The notes: generated by a model from the sequence alone, not told the origin. Numbered from the stretch's first letter, positions 12,959 to 27,133 are shown. The stretch is 64,000 bases of DNA from Rhizodiscina lignyota (GCA_010015805.1 ML978123.1:124001-188000), one strand, 5' to 3'. Numbers and translations are program-made.

Positions 12959-13962
12959 GTTGAGACTCCGAATATTGTTGCGCTGTCGGTGAACAGAGGT
13001 CGTAGTTAAGAGAGGATGCTCGTAGTCGGTGTTACCACAGTGAATAGGCTCAAAATCGTTTCGGTTCATAGGAACTTGGCGTACGAAAGGCACAGAGGAA
13101 GGAAGATGTATGGGGGAAGTGGTTGAGCGGAAGGAGAGAACATAAAAGAGGCATTCGAACTAGCGCACACGTTCTGTGTTGAGCATCACCAGGTAGAAGT
13201 GAAGTGTATGTGACGTCCTAACTAGATAACACAAGCTGAGAAAAGCGGTATGAAGTGATGCTTCGCGGGTGAGTAGCTTACACAAATGTCATCAAGTGAA
13301 GCTCAGCGAACACCAGCTCGCTACTCTCTACTTACCACTAGTCAACACGACTGGGACTTATCGATATGGGACTTGCTTCGCGAAAAGCGTCATCTTTAGA
13401 TGAATTGTGTCAAAGTGAATTGCTGTGGAGTCGAATGAACACTGAAAAAGTCGATCATATTTCGATGGAATTATATTTCTCCGATGCCGCACTGCCAATG
13501 TTTTTCCGAGCGAATATCGAGCCTGCGAGGCCAGCGATTATCAGACGTTATCGTCTCATCTCATTGGCCTTCTTGCTCTTATTCTACAGGAGATTCCTCC
13601 TTCGTATACCTAGATGTATTCCAACAAGCCTGATATGTCTAGGCTGTGGCGCTACACATCGCGATCTAGTTCTCACTTGCGGAAAGGTTGTGGCCACCAC
13701 ACTCCATTAATTCTTCCACATGCTACTCTGGATGTCTGGAAGCAGTGATGGCTGAGCCGCTTCTGATTGTTGCGTTTTAGGCCAAAACATCTACTTGAAG
13801 AGAGCTCATCGCGGCGAGGATGATTCGGTTCTCGTGACCGTTTCAAGGTCTGCGCTGTGAGGTGTGCGACGAAGTGCGAAGTTGCTGGGTGTGCATCGGC
13901 AGTTACTAAGTAGATCCCGGACGTGATCAAGAGGTGCCTTGATGTAGAGGTGCAAGCGGTGA

Positions 13963-14478
13963 CTGTATTGGCTGGACCTTCAAGGAGAGATACTCCATAG
14001 AGAGTCTGTCCTCGAAGGATGGATTAGGAATCGACACAGGACATTCACCGCGTCACTGGTGCTTGAACGACTTTTGCACCTCATCGAGCGAACCGTCTTT
14101 GATCCTCAGGGCCGTGAAGACGAAGCATACTCAAGAAACTGAAAGCTGTACGAGACATTGTACCGAGACTCAGAACCATGGAAGAGGAAACATCACTGAG
14201 AGGACTTTGAACTGTACACCGTACGAGAGCTCTGGAGCGGTCCTTCTGAAATAGTGTGTTGCTCACGAGTTGATGTGTCTGAAAAATGTATCATGTATGT
14301 CAAGGAAAGTGCCTTCCACACAGTCCTCGACATGTCGACTTGCAACTTCACAGTGCATCTCGCAGAGCGCTCGTCAAACTCTTGCCGAAATCGAATTTGC
14401 AACTACCGAGCATCAACTCCACTCCCGGTCAAGAATGGTCATCGTCCGATCAATCACGCAATCGGAACACGGCTGTGA
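13963..14478 (+). pseudogene. Possible degraded coding remnant, family unknown
   Basis: One frame reads protein-like for about 170 codons (LYWLDLQGEILHRESVLEGWIRNRHRTFTASLVLERLLHLIERTVFD...) with only two TGA stops (14140, 14197). No recognisable motif. Confidence 0.3.
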
Positions 14479-15251
14479 ACAAAAGCTATTTTCGATTTTT
14501 TTTGGTTATAAATCTCAGTCTCGATTAAAAGACATATTTCAGGTGGCAAGCAATTATCCACACATGCTCCGAATGTTAGAGTTTTACTCAACTCCGAATC
14601 TCGTATCTGTGTCTGCTGCGCAGAGATCAGAAGATCTTGCCCTAGCCTTCGCGTTCGTATCTGTTCGTGTTCGTCAAGCAAGTTTTTGATATTTAAAACC
14701 GCTTTTTGCATTTCGCCTCCCCTCAACAACCCCATGTCTGGCCCGCTCTTTCACCGCCAGGGCCGCCTGAAACAATCTCGCAAACAAAAGCAGATGACCG
14801 TTGAAAATCTGAAATCTGACTCCGATCGACACCTGGTATATGCAAATGCAGCCGCCGGCAAGGAAACAGTTTGACATGCAGAAAACATATGCAACCATAA
14901 CCGGTTCCCTAAATAAAATAAAAAGCCATGACCATAAAACGCCCTTCGTCTATGCAGTGTGCAGCGGAATCAGCCAGAAAGACAAACAACAAAGAACCTT
15001 GACACCTATACCATGCATATCATACCCCGGTCTTTATACCCTTCCTCTTTTCCGCCCCCAGTCCCCCCTTCTATTCCGTATATCCGAGGCCTGCTATTTC
15101 ACAGCCTCAAAGGAAAACTGCCATTCATCGATCCGAACTGCCGATCCCGCACGAAAGCATTCCTTCCGCGCGTCAAATCCAACAGCCCAGAAGGCAGGGC
15201 CTGTCGCACGATCATCGTATCATCTCTTCGTAATTCGCAGTCCGCGCTTGC

Positions 15252-18200
15252 TCATCGAAAGTTCAGCACATTCCCCACCTGCCCCATGCCACCCACCTCA
15301 CCGCCGAGGTTCAGCCCCGCCCACTCCTCGCCGCCGAACAGGTCGTCGAGATTCATCCCTGCCACGCCGTTCTCGCCCATCGGCCCCGTCGCGTGCTCGC
15401 CGTCCTGGCCCTGCCCGCCCTCGTGGCCCCCGTTGCTGCCGGCAAACGGATCCGTAAAGTTTGGCGCTTGGGCCCCCTTGATGCCTTGCATCTGGTACAT
15501 CGGCACCGGGCCGAAGAGCTGGACGTCGATGTCGCCGTTTGAGGTGTTGCGGGGCATGAACGTCGAGGAGGGCGGAATGAAGCCGTTGCCGTTGCTCTGT
15601 GTGTGAGACACCCCTCCGTTCACGTGATCACCATTCGTGGTGCTCGTGGTGCCATTGGTATCGTCCATGCTGGAGGGCGGGAAGATGCCAAAGTCTTTGG
15701 AGTCGAAATCGTCAGTGTAGTTGCTGGTCATGGGCTGGTTCGGATAAGCAAAGGGGTCCGCAGATGGGAACATCATGGATGTAAGGTCTGGGAGAGGTAG
15801 GTTGGCATCCGTGAAACTCGTGACCACCGTAGGAGACAGAGGCAAGCCATGGAATGGCCCGCCATTCAGCCCGTGGATAGTGTTTCCAGTGTTGGTAGGG
15901 AGACTGAAGGACAAGTTGCCAGTTGAGGCGGAGCTGGGCGTAAGACTGGGAGTAGAGTCCATGAGTTGCGGCGTCGGCGGGAAGTTATACGGCGAGTCGA
16001 GACCAAGCTGAGCGTGGGTGAGAGGTACGGTTTGTGACAAAGGCTTAACATCACCACTTGAAGAGCCCCATCCGTGGAAAGTGCTCGCGCGACGAGGCCT
16101 AGGAGCCTCGGAAAGTTTCGGTGCAACGACAGGCGTACTTTCTTCAGAGTGCCCAAGAGGGTGAGGCGACACTTCTTGACGGCGTTTCTTAGCCGAAATC
16201 GACTCGGCACGGCCACGACGGAGACGGTCAGGGAGTTGCTCAAAAAGAACCTGGTTATTGTTACCATCGTAGCCATTTAGGAAATAGCAAATGAGTGTAC
16301 TTACGTTCAGAGTGTGTGTGCAGCGGTCTGCCGCCATCGATCTCTTCGCAAGTTGCTCAAGCGTTTCCTTGCCTTCCTTTGCATCGCGCAAGACATCCTG
16401 GCTCGTCTGATTCTCCGGGTTTTCGAGAGCAAAGAATACCAGAGACAGAATCGCAAAGAAGCTCGTGTACATCTGGAACCAATAAGCACCGCAGAGCAGC
16501 CCGCGCTTCTTCATCTCCGATGTGATGTGAATGATATTGCGCGACACGCTGACGCATGCCGCAGCGCACGCATAGGAGCGCTTATCAACAACTTTTGATT
16601 TGCAAGTGTGTGAGACGTAGTGCAGGAACGGTCTGTAGAGCATCATTTGGGCGTGGGCGTAGGCCATTCTGAGCAGCTGTTGGACCCTGCGCAAAGGAGT
16701 CAGCAACGGGGCAACTGGCCACAGATGACAACGCATCGGTGGGGAGAGGGGAAGGCCTACCTTATAATAATCTTGGGAGCGTCGCCGCCAGGACGCAGGC
16801 CCATAGGAAGCTTTTGCATCCACTCCTGGAGGTCCAGTTCGATTTCTCGAATTTTCGCGTAGCCGACACTGTAGGATTTCACCGAACCATTTGGTGCGCC
16901 GGCTCCCTTGAGAGGGTAGATGTATTTGACAATCTTTCCGATGATTGCGACAAGTGTCGTGTGAGCGTTTGAGGCTGCCATGACCGAGATTTGGCCTTCG
17001 GGCATGGGCAGGATTTCGGTCTCGGTGATGTACTCATCGTCGACCTCAAGCGGGAGCACCTGGTCGATATCCTCATCGTTCAGCGTATGAGGCAGGCCAA
17101 GAAGCGCTCCGACGTAAGTGTCCATCTTGCGGATGACCCAAAAGACCCTCTTGCGGGTCTCGGCTTCGATCGGATTAAAGTTGCCAGGAATGTTTCGATG
17201 TAAACCCATCCGGAGAGCGGAACGAAGGGCAACGCCGATGTAAGAGTAGCACGTGGAGAGTTTGGCAGATGATTGAAGGAAAAGAATCATGAATACAATG
17301 GCCTGCAGTGAACGGAGGTCCCGGCAGTCGGCAATGTCCATCAAAAGACGAGATGATTTGAAGTATTTGAAGCTTCTCAAGTCAGTAAACAGTCGAGATG
17401 GTACGAAAGCACGACTTACCCTTGGTCGATGGCTGTTGCGTAGCCTTTCGCATCAATCTCTCGGCCGTCCTTGGAGAAGAGCGAGCCCAAGGCAAGGATG
17501 GCATACAGCAACGGCAGGAACATGTTGTCGTCGTTGGTGTAATTCTCCGGAGACTTGTCAAAAATCTTGTCAAAGGCTTTCCAGATGGTCGGCTCATGAA
17601 CGACACGAAGCAATGATGCTGCATCGTTGATGGCAATGTCGACCAACTCCTTTGCCACCTCCTTGGATGGCAAGTCGGTAGGCGGACTGGGACTACTGCC
17701 GTCCATGGGAGACTCTGCGTTCGACCGAGGAGAGTCGAATTTTGGAGATTCAAAGACCTGTGACATTGGCCTCGACTTGCTAAAGGGCGATGCATGTGCT
17801 GGCTCGGTGATGATGTCTGGGTACTGCTCGCGCATCCTTCGCACGAAGCTAAGACCGGAAGAATGGCCATGAAAGTCCCAATGGCCTTCCTCATCGAGGT
17901 CCAGCTGTCCTGTGGACTTTACCATGGACTCGAGTTGGGACTCGCCGCCGCCTTCCACGTGAGGGGCCGTACGGTCGCCCATTTGGGTAGCGCCGACGCC
18001 GTTTGTAATCGCGCCAGGCTTAAGTTGGAAAGCATTCTGTTGAAGGGCAGCTTCCAGGTTTGGATCCTCGACGTCGACGCCGGGGAGGACAATGTTGAGG
18101 ATTGTTTCCATGCGTTTCAAACGTTTTTCGAGCGCTTCGATGTACTGCGGGGCGGCATTGCGCCTTCGATTCGACGGCTGGTCGTAAGTGCACTCTGCTC

Positions 18201-18538
18201 CCAACGTCAACAATGCTGCATTCTCTGTCAGCGACACAAGAATTGCGTTGCGTACCGTAGCTGTAGACGGTGCAGTGGGTGCACGGCTGCTTCCCATCGC
18301 ACTTGATCTTCTTCCTCCGACACTCATCGCACGCTCGCGTCACTCGTCGCCTCTTCTGCATGGGCGCCGCCGAAGCGGGCTTTGCAGACTGCTCGTTGGC
18401 ATCGTGGGTCTCTGGCGAAGTCTGCGTGGGCGTGTCGGGCAGTGCAGAGTCGTCAGGCGTATCCCATTGCGAGGAATCGAGGGTGGTGACGGCACTATCG
18501 TCCGCAGTGTCGGGAGTGGGGTTTTCGAGCATCACCAT
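15252..18538 (-). CDS. Zn(II)2Cys6 transcription factor, Asg1-like, with fungal TF middle homology region
   Basis: [40 protein letters not shown] after splicing. Introns 18255-18195, 17419-17373, 16760-16687, 16304-16251. Motifs [28 protein letters not shown]. Confidence 0.9.
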
Positions 18539-21500
18539 ATACGTTTTTCGGTGTCTGCAGCGGGCCGGCGATGGTGGTGGTGCGTAGCAGAGCAATTGCA
18601 ATCAGGCGGTGGGCGAGGGAGCGGTCTGTCGTGGGACAATTGACGGGTGGTGAAGAGTCGTTGTGCAGTGGAGGGGTCGGGGCGAAGGGCGAGCGAAGGT
18701 GGTGAGTAACGGTTATGTGCGTGGAGACTGCTTTGGGCTTGGGCTGCGTGTGTGGTCACAGGGTTTCCCTCTAGTTTGCCAGAGGCGCAGAGGGGCTCTA
18801 CTGCACCAGCGGAATTAGTGCAAAGGCCGGCCAGAAGCACTCGCAGATCGTGCACCGCGCCTGTCGACCAGCGCCGTTCTAGACGCCGCGTAACTAGCAG
18901 TGCTGAAGATGCCTTTGCTGCTGCTTCCCGTAGTGTGCGCCTGAGGAATGCGGAGAAATGCAGGTGCTGCGTGGACTGGCGGGCGATGGGTACTTGAATG
19001 CTGTTGTCATGAGGGCCCCCCCCCCTGCCGCCGCTCTCTGTCCCTTGCCAGACTCACCACCGCACCCATGCTGCCACAGCGCCTCGCGCTCAGTGCTCTC
19101 GCGGCCAGAAAGCGGTATCGCCATCGTGAGCTCGCCAATGACGTGGCTGGGACGCGCCCCGTACTGGTACCGGCGTGCCTCTACTGTGGCTTGCCGCCGT
19201 AAGGCTGTCCGCATTCGCCGGCCACACTGCGCGTGCCCCAGACCAGCAATTATTCCCGCACAGTTTCCACGTCGAGCCACTGTCCTTCGCCATGTAGCCA
19301 GCCATCCGTACACTCCACAATTGCGGGCTGATTACGCTCGGGACGGCACTCGACCGCATCGTGATATCAGCCATGCTGCCGTTGTGCTGATGGCGCAATG
19401 CCTCAGTCACCACAAAAATTCCGATGCTCAAGACCCCTACCGCTCGACAAGGAGCTCGCGCGACGCCCGGGATATGGCTTGTTCAGAACTTGCAACCTGC
19501 ACCCCGGCCTCAGCGCGATCGCTCTTGAATCACAGCCAATGTCAGCAGCACAGCGCGAGAGGCTCATCGATCTGGTGGTCAGAGCGCTTCGCCCTCTCAA
19601 CCTCACTCCCCTGCTAAACGCCGAAACTTCGGAATTCCATGACGACGCCCTTACTTGTACATCGACCAAGGCCGGCTGCCAGCTGCAAACTGCTCGACGT
19701 CCTGAGCAAATCTGCCGCCATCCCAGCGTCGCATGCGCCATGGGAGGGGCCAGCAAATTTATCTGATGATCAGCACCAATATGCGGTCTGATAAAGCACC
19801 GCACGCATCGGCCAGTGGCGTCCTCGCCTTCTAAACCTGGGGTCAGGCTGCGCGAATCGTCGAGAAGAGTAAGTCCAATTCCGCATATCTCGTGCATCTC
19901 GCTGCGTCTTGCCTTAGTCCCGCAGCGCCAGTATGGGAAGCTCCGCATGGAGAGCAGGCCGGGCCCGTCCAATCCGACCTATGCTTTCTTTCTATTATTT
20001 TGATAGCAACATATCAGCGCTGTCAAGTCCACAATTCCCAAGTGTCGAGCGCTGGCGAGCGTCACCGCTCTTTCGACAGCCACGAGCAGATGATCTACTC
20101 GCCGGGATACCGGGGTCCACATCCCCGCCGTCGATTCGCTTTCACAACCTTAGAGTGCTGACATGGCGTTCGCTCTTCGGCTCTTGCGCGCGTTTTTCCT
20201 CTCCAGTAAGGGCTTGACATTCCTATGGCCAGTAGGCGTCCTTATGCCTCTACTACCCGCGACATTCTAGACAATGGCGCAAGCAATTGACACTGCTTTT
20301 TCTCTGCTGTGCCACATCGCAGGCATGCATACCACATCACTACTCTTCTCGTCTCAGTGGCCGATGGTTGGGCGACAATCACTAGGCCTGCAAGATCGCA
20401 TTGAATTCATTTGATGCCTCATTGCTGGGGCCCACATTGATAATGCCAAGAGTTTCTGTTAAGTAAAAACGACGTCTGATTTCGAAATCGGCCCTCGCCG
20501 TAATGCTTTTCCGAGTGTCGGGATGCCGAAACCTGACCTGGACCTTTTCCTGTTTTTCCTATTTCTGCGAACTGTTTCGAAACATTCCTCACCTCAGAGT
20601 CTGTCCTCGAGACCATGAACACGATTTATTTTTGAATCTCGTAGGATTTGGCATGGAGATCCTACCATCCGAATTAACTTCTCACTCTGCCAGTAATCCG
20701 ATCTCATGCAGTCACTCTCCAATGCTCCGATGAGCGTTTGGAAGCTGCAAAGGATAAGCTCTTGTTAGTAACGATCGCAGCCCATCGAAGGCCTGGGTTT
20801 CCGCAGGCCCTCCGTCCCGTTTTCCGGTCTCGGAAGCCAAAAGTTGGATTCATCTCCAGATGTCCTGCAGCAGCAAGCCAACTTAATGCACCGGTCAGTC
20901 AGCGGCAACCCGTCTCTGCAGCAGATGAATCACCGGCGACCTTTCCGAGCCTACATTGTACGGGTCGGGAGCTAGGCTCCCTCATAGCCCTCATGCCTAG
21001 CATTGGTGGGAATGGCATACTCGTCTCTGTCCACTCACGTCCAACGGCGATGTAGCGTTAGCTGCGTTATGCAGTGATCGTTGGGCCTCCACTAGGGTCC
21101 TGGTGAAGATCCCCGAGCAAAGTCCACAATATTTGAGGCTTTGCGGCCCTTGGAGACGCAATGATCGCGACGGAAATCAGGACCGACATCCCCGTCTTTC
21201 CTGTATAGGAGAAAGTGGTACGAATTATAGCATATCCAAGGCGATAGCAACGTTTACGAAGTGTCCAATCCACCAGTCGCGTGAGACGAGGGGATCAAAG
21301 CTTGCAATTCAATTCAATTGAAAATAACAATGCCGAACTCCATGGGGCGGAGACTTCTAAATATCGACTTGGCGAGCACAGGCTTTCTGATGTACATACG
21401 TATTCAACTATTTCCAAACTTGCCGATTCTTCCAACATCCTCCCAGACCTATCTCTAGCTGAAGCAGTACATTCACGGAGTCGCAGCGGCACTCATTTGA

Positions 21501-23483
21501 TAGGCTCGCACGACATGTGCATACGAAGACCTCGTCTCGACCCAATAATGGACCCCTCATTGGAGGTAGACAGAGAGCCACTTACCCCTCATCTGCACAG
21601 CAAAACGCATGACGATTCAACTCGCAGCGAGGCGTCTTGTTTCGAGCGCGAGACAACCCGATAGCGAGCACGTAGGCGCGGCTAGAGGGAAGCCAAAGGA
21701 TTCGAGAGGATTTGGGATGGGAGTACAAAAGCCCTGACGAACGCCCGTTCGCCACCCCTCCGCCCACTTGAAACTCGGACAGATCTCAACAGGCTCGCAT
21801 GATCATGAGTTCGCGGAGCAATTGCTCTATTCTCCTCACCGCTGGAGACTTTTCTTGATTGTCCCAGCCTCCAATGCCCCATTATTAATCCAGCACGACC
21901 AGCAACATGGGACAACTTGCTCACAGAGACGAAAATTTGAGTGTCGTCCTCGTATCGAGCAGTCTGCCCCTCCATCGGACCGCGATCGGCAAGATACCGA
22001 AACGCTAGAGCGAAACCGGGCCGTCCATCCTAGTCCCATCCCGGCCTCTTCCCTGCTTGCCGCCTGCTGATTGGCCGGTCGGACTTGGCCGCCCAAGTTT
22101 TCTCGCCACGCTGCACAGTCTCCATCGTCTGCGGCGTCGCATGGCGTCTGGCAAGGAATTCGGAGGCGCACTCAGGAATGGGCGCAAGTGGGCATCGTCC
22201 GCCCTATCGATTGTGATATCGATAAAGGGGAGCAGTTGATGTCACAAAGCCCTTTCACTCCAGCCCAGGAGGCCGAACGCCTTGTCTCTAATGAATCGTG
22301 AATTATCCCACGTTCGCTGCAGGTACGCGCGCGCCGCCGCACCTGCAAATAATTAGGCAAAAGGAGCAAGCAAGAAACAGGAGAGCCCACCATTTCACAA
22401 CGTTTCCAATCTGCCCTCGTGCCTGGCCCTGGGGGCGAGCGCACCTAGCGGCCACGTGCTCCGGTACGTACCGCTCCAGTCAATCACGACACCTTTGGAC
22501 CCAGCCGAGGGAATGCAAAGTCAGCTTCTCGCTCTTTCCCCAGCTCCCAACAGAACCCCAACGTTCCCTTCAAGGATTCCATCAGCGTCTGACTCTCGCC
22601 GAAGGCCCGACAGGCCCGGACTTTTCTCACTCGCGATTAGACATCTGACTGCGCAGGGAGCGGGCGAGTGCCCCATATCGTGTCGTAAAATGAAATGGGG
22701 CCGCGCAGGTGAGATTATCGTTCTTCAGCCCCGGCCTGCGGACGTTTCATGTTTGCGCAACACTTTTCAACCACTTGGAAAGGAGTAAAGCAACGGGGAT
22801 CGGTACGGACTCCGGGCACGGGGCGGCGGACGACTCGGGGCATTCGGCGGGACGGGAAGTTTGTAGGGTTCTTTCTTGACACGATACCTCTTGGTCATCT
22901 GGATTACTACATCACCATCACGCAGGCGGAAGTGAGTTGTTGGGATGCGTTATTGTGGGTCTGGCAACTGGCAACTGGCTGGGAGACTTGCACTCCACGC
23001 GGTCAAGAGCAAGGCGAGATGTTGTGACTTTGTTGCATTGTTCATTGAATCGTTACATTCGTAACCCATGTTTCAAGTGTGCAAAGTAAAAGAGGAAGCG
23101 CCTTTTATGCAAAAGGGTGCTGATGAAAAGTGAAAGGTCGTTGCGTGTTAGCAAGATGCTGCTGCAAGACAATGGTAAAAGAGAAGTCGCAATCTCTGTA
23201 AGAGAGACTGGACGAAGAAGAGAAAGCAAGTTAAGCATGTACAAGAAGTGAAAGGTTTGTTTTCCCGATGCCCCTATCGCAATGCATCAAAATGCAGCGA
23301 ACGTGAAGAAATTGTGAAGAACCCTCGGAGATCTGACGTTCAGGTCGGAAGAGTTCGTTTTGTCCGTCTTTTGATATTGCGCCGTAATATACCACATCTC
23401 CATTTCATCATCTCATTCATTTCCATTCCGCGTTGCATCAACTCCAGGCTCGCGACAATGGCTCGGCAGAGACGGCAGGACGT

Positions 23484-24172
23484 CTATTTCGGCGGAAGGA
23501 CGTTGTCCTGGTACTCGCCCTCGACATTGCCGACTGGCCAGTACTCGCACAAGAAGATGGCCTGGCCGCTGCAGTCGACAGTGTTCCAAGCGCAGCCGAC
23601 CTGGTGGGAGGCCTTCCAGACGTATTGAGTGTAGTGGCCAGTCGTCTCACTGAAGCCGGGGCTGTCGTAGCTGTAGTCCTTGACCTCGTAGACCCAGGCG
23701 TCGAGACCGTCCTTGGTAGCAGATGGCCAGTCGTTGGTAGGACCCGGCATCACGGCGTACAAGTTCTCGCCATACGGGCCACCCTGGAGAAAGAGTCAGA
23801 AACAGCATTCATAACGCGGTTGGGACAACAACAAATGACGCGACATCAAAACAGGTCGCGACAACAACAAACACACCAACCAATCAAAGCAAGGGAGTGG
23901 TAACTTACAGAGTGCTGGAACACGCACTTGTTGACCCAGTTCTGGGCGAAGGAGGCAAGAGTGTCGTTCCAGGTGACGTCGCCGGCCTGGTGGTAGACGC
24001 GGTGGGCGTTGTGGACGTTGGTGATGACGTCCTTGATGTCGCTGCTGTCAGCGCAAGAGGGGCCAGTGGTACGCTTGGCCATCTCGGGCCTGGTCTCAGT
24101 AGGGACAGCAACCACCAGGGTCGAGAACAGGAGGGCCATCGAGGCGCCGAGCTTGAAGAGAGTGGAAACCAT
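23484..24172 (-). CDS. Secreted CAP/SCP/PR-1-like (Pry) protein
   Basis: Signal peptide; HNAHRVYHQA..TWNDTLASFAQ; intron 23908-23784; HSGGPYGENL, GHYTQYVWK, VGCA, LCEYWPVGN. Confidence 0.93.
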
Positions 24173-26371
24173 TTTGGCTGATTGCTTGTTTGTTTTGACG
24201 AGTTGGGTGTTCGAAAGGAGCGACGGGTCAAATATAAGAGCCGGGGCGATGGTCTCTCAGAGAGCAAGCTGCCTTTTCCGCAAGAGCGAGGGAATGTGCG
24301 TGAGCGGGGACGATGGGGTTAAAGAAGGGCAGGTTGAGGCGTGTTCTACACGACACTTAACCGGACGAGGGCTGATGTGGTGAGAAAGAGTGAAAGGGCC
24401 GACGGCTTGCGCAGGGCTTTGTTAAGGAAAGTGGTCCACGGGGGGCGTGGTCGAGAGCCGATTGTTGTTCGGTAGCGAGAGAAACAAAGAACGTTGCGCA
24501 GCGTGGGTGGAGAAAGAGAAGGGCCTGCAGAAAGGCGAATGCAAGTAGTACTTATAATTCCCACAAATAAGATTAAATGAGCATCAGCGCCCCCTGCAAT
24601 TCCACGGGTCGCGCCTGCCTCGTTGGCAGGATGTGTTAGGTGAGGAAGCTAGTGCCTCGTCGCCATGACACACAACGCAAGATCGGGGTGTTGAAAGAGC
24701 CAGCGCGCCCGATCATTTCGCGGCACTCGACGGAGTACACGCGCCGCGCCGCGCTATAGCTGCGAGTGCTCAGGCACAAGGCAGGAGCTAGCGCGAGAGA
24801 GTGCGACAAGGAGGACCTTGAAACATGGCGCTAAAATCTCTTCGTTGTTCATTACGGCCTCCTCATCAAACACCTCGCCCACGCGCACACGCCAGCTTCC
24901 CGTGCTGGCTAAGGGCCTGGCTAAGGGCCCAAGGCTGGCTTGCACGACTCGCCTCCGCCCAATTGTTTGCGCCCGCTTCTGAGACGTGACGTTATACAGC
25001 ACACAATCGGGGGACTTTGGCCCACATCAATCAGGAGGCTGCAGACGTCGGGACAGGCTTAGGAGGCGACGGGAAAGCTTGGTTTCCTCGTGCTTGCTGC
25101 CGTGCGACTTCACTTTGACAATTCCAGTTCTTGTTTGATGAGGAAGATTCCAGGTCGTGACGCGTGTGCTTGTCTCAATTTGGCGAGATTGAAGATGATC
25201 GACGGGTGTGACAGCGCACCTTCTAGCACTCGAGGTCGTTGGCTGGGCCAGGGAGGGTGGAAATGAGGACAGGAGCTCGGCGCGGCTCGTACACCTGGTG
25301 AAAGACATTGTTTCGAGACAAAGGACCACAAGGCTGAGTCAGTGGCGTAAGTTACATGTCACCTGGGGCAAGCGCTGCCGTTTTGCTGCTACCGTTCGCC
25401 CCTTCTGGACAGAGTGAGGTCTAGAGTTTGTTTTCAGGGAGGTGGTGGTGACGGCCCGTACTACAAACGCTTGCGGGTGCGCCGCGCCAATGACAGCTTT
25501 GAAAGCAGCATGTTCCTGGCCGTTCCTGAATTTCCAGCCGAAGAAAGCAAGGAGCGGCCTGCAGCTTTCACCCGCCTTCTTCGGCGGGGAACCGTCGGGT
25601 CAGCAGCAAACGAGTGGACAGAGAACATCCTCTCTCTGCCTTGCAAGTGCTGAGGTGCAGAATGCGCACCTGGAGCCGTGCGATTCGCTATCGATTAGCA
25701 GCAACTGCCCGAGCCACGTGTGATACTGCCCGGCGGAGCGCCACTGCTGCCAGTGCGTTCCGCCAGCGCCCGCCGAGCGTCGGCGAACGGCAGTCGAACA
25801 AGTTGCGCTCGCACTGTGACTTGTGCGCGCCGTTCTGGCTCACGTTTGCGAGCGCCTTCCCATCGGCTCGGTCGAGGTGTCCAGAACGGCGGGAACTGGG
25901 AAGCGATTTTCTGCAGATCCATCGAGAGCAGAGTCTGAAACGCCTTGGCTTGCATGTTTAGCCTATGTATGCCGCGCGTTACATTGCACCGAGACTGTTC
26001 TGCAGCGACACCAGCAGAAGCAACGCAGAGGCAACCTCACTAAACCCACTCAACCTGCTGCAGACGCAGTCATTACCATTACACCTGCAGCGTGCGGAGA
26101 ACAAGTAGAAAGAGCGCAAGAAGCCACGGTTGCCTCTTCAGCCTTTAGGCAAGCCCTCCGAGAGCGAACCACCAATTGATCCCGAACCATTACCACACCA
26201 CGCCAGCGCCATACCCAATGCCCTTTTTGCCAGAAAGTAGAATTTTCGTGTCTTCTCCTCCTTCCCGAATCATCGTAGGCATGCAAGACATCCTCTCCAC
26301 CTTTTCCCTTCCAGACCTGTCCCCGGCCTATGAGGATGCGAACACCTCAAGGATGCTCTACTTCTCCTCTT

Positions 26372-27133
26372 CTAGATGTTCTCCGGAGGACACAACTTCT
26401 CCCAGATCCAATCAGACGCGCCGGCCTGGATCGCTTCGAGCTGCTCGTAGACCTTCTTCCGCAACTCTGGATGCTTGCCGGGGAGCATGAGCGACTCGAT
26501 CGCATCCCACCACCACTCAGGCTCGCCTCGAATCATGCACCGCGCCATTCTTCCGATGACGAGATTGACGAGCTTTCCGTGGTCGATTGCGGTGCCCGGC
26601 ACGCCGAAGATCTTCCAGAACTGCAAGAGCTGGCTGGGGCTGAGCGTGTTCTTGTCCACGTAGTGCAGGATCCAGCTTTCGAGGAAGTTGATGGCGGGAG
26701 GTATTCTTAGAACGCGCGTAGCTTGGTGGACGTGCAACACAAGCACGAAGTCGTCGCCGTCAAGCTCGCGAATGCCATCCTTCTTCGGAGCGTCACCTCT
26801 CTGCTGCTTGGTGACCAGGCGGTCATCCCTGTCCCCCGCCTTGCATTTCTCCGTCATCCACTCAACGAGCCAGCGCATGCCGACCTCGCTCGTCCAGTCG
26901 GGGAGGACGATCACGGTCTTGGGCGTGTTTGACAGGTCCGTCTTCCTGCTCCTGCCGGCCAACAGGTCGCGTGCCAGAGGAGACCAGTTCATCACGACGC
27001 GCCGATAGACGGGGACCTTGGCTTGATCGGAACGCGCTTCGCGGAGGACGAGCTGCGCGACTGGGCCAATGAGGCGCTTGGTGGGATCGTTGTGGAAATC
27101 CAAATCATCGAAGACAGCGTTGAATGGCGCCAT
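26372..27133 (-). CDS. Hypothetical protein, possibly a divergent BTB/POZ-like fold
   Basis: 253-aa GC-rich ORF with a probable 5'UTR intron (GTACGT at 27193 .. CAG about 27150). Pattern VPVYRRVVMNWSPLARDLL...IVLP...MRWLVEWM...LHVHQATRVLRI resembles fungal BTB domains. Confidence 0.6.
   Translation of the reverse strand: MAPFNAVFDDLDFHNDPTKRLIGPVAQLVLREARSDQAKVPVYRRVVMNWSPLARDLLAGRSRKTDLSNTPKTVIVLPDWTSEVGMRWLVEWMTEKCKAGDRDDRLVTKQQRGDAPKKDGIRELDGDDFVLVLHVHQATRVLRIPPAINFLESWILHYVDKNTLSPSQLLQFWKIFGVPGTAIDHGKLVNLVIGRMARCMIRGEPEWWWDAIESLMLPGKHPELRKKVYEQLEAIQAGASDWIWEKLCPPENI

Noticed and set aside
14840..15606. Long antisense/overlapping ORFs in the track (also 4405-5022, 40845-41858, 18958-19617, 56693-57331)
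   Set aside because: Most are shadows of GC-rich coding sequence on the opposite strand; 18958-19617 is a GC-rich non-coding frame. None has recognisable motifs.
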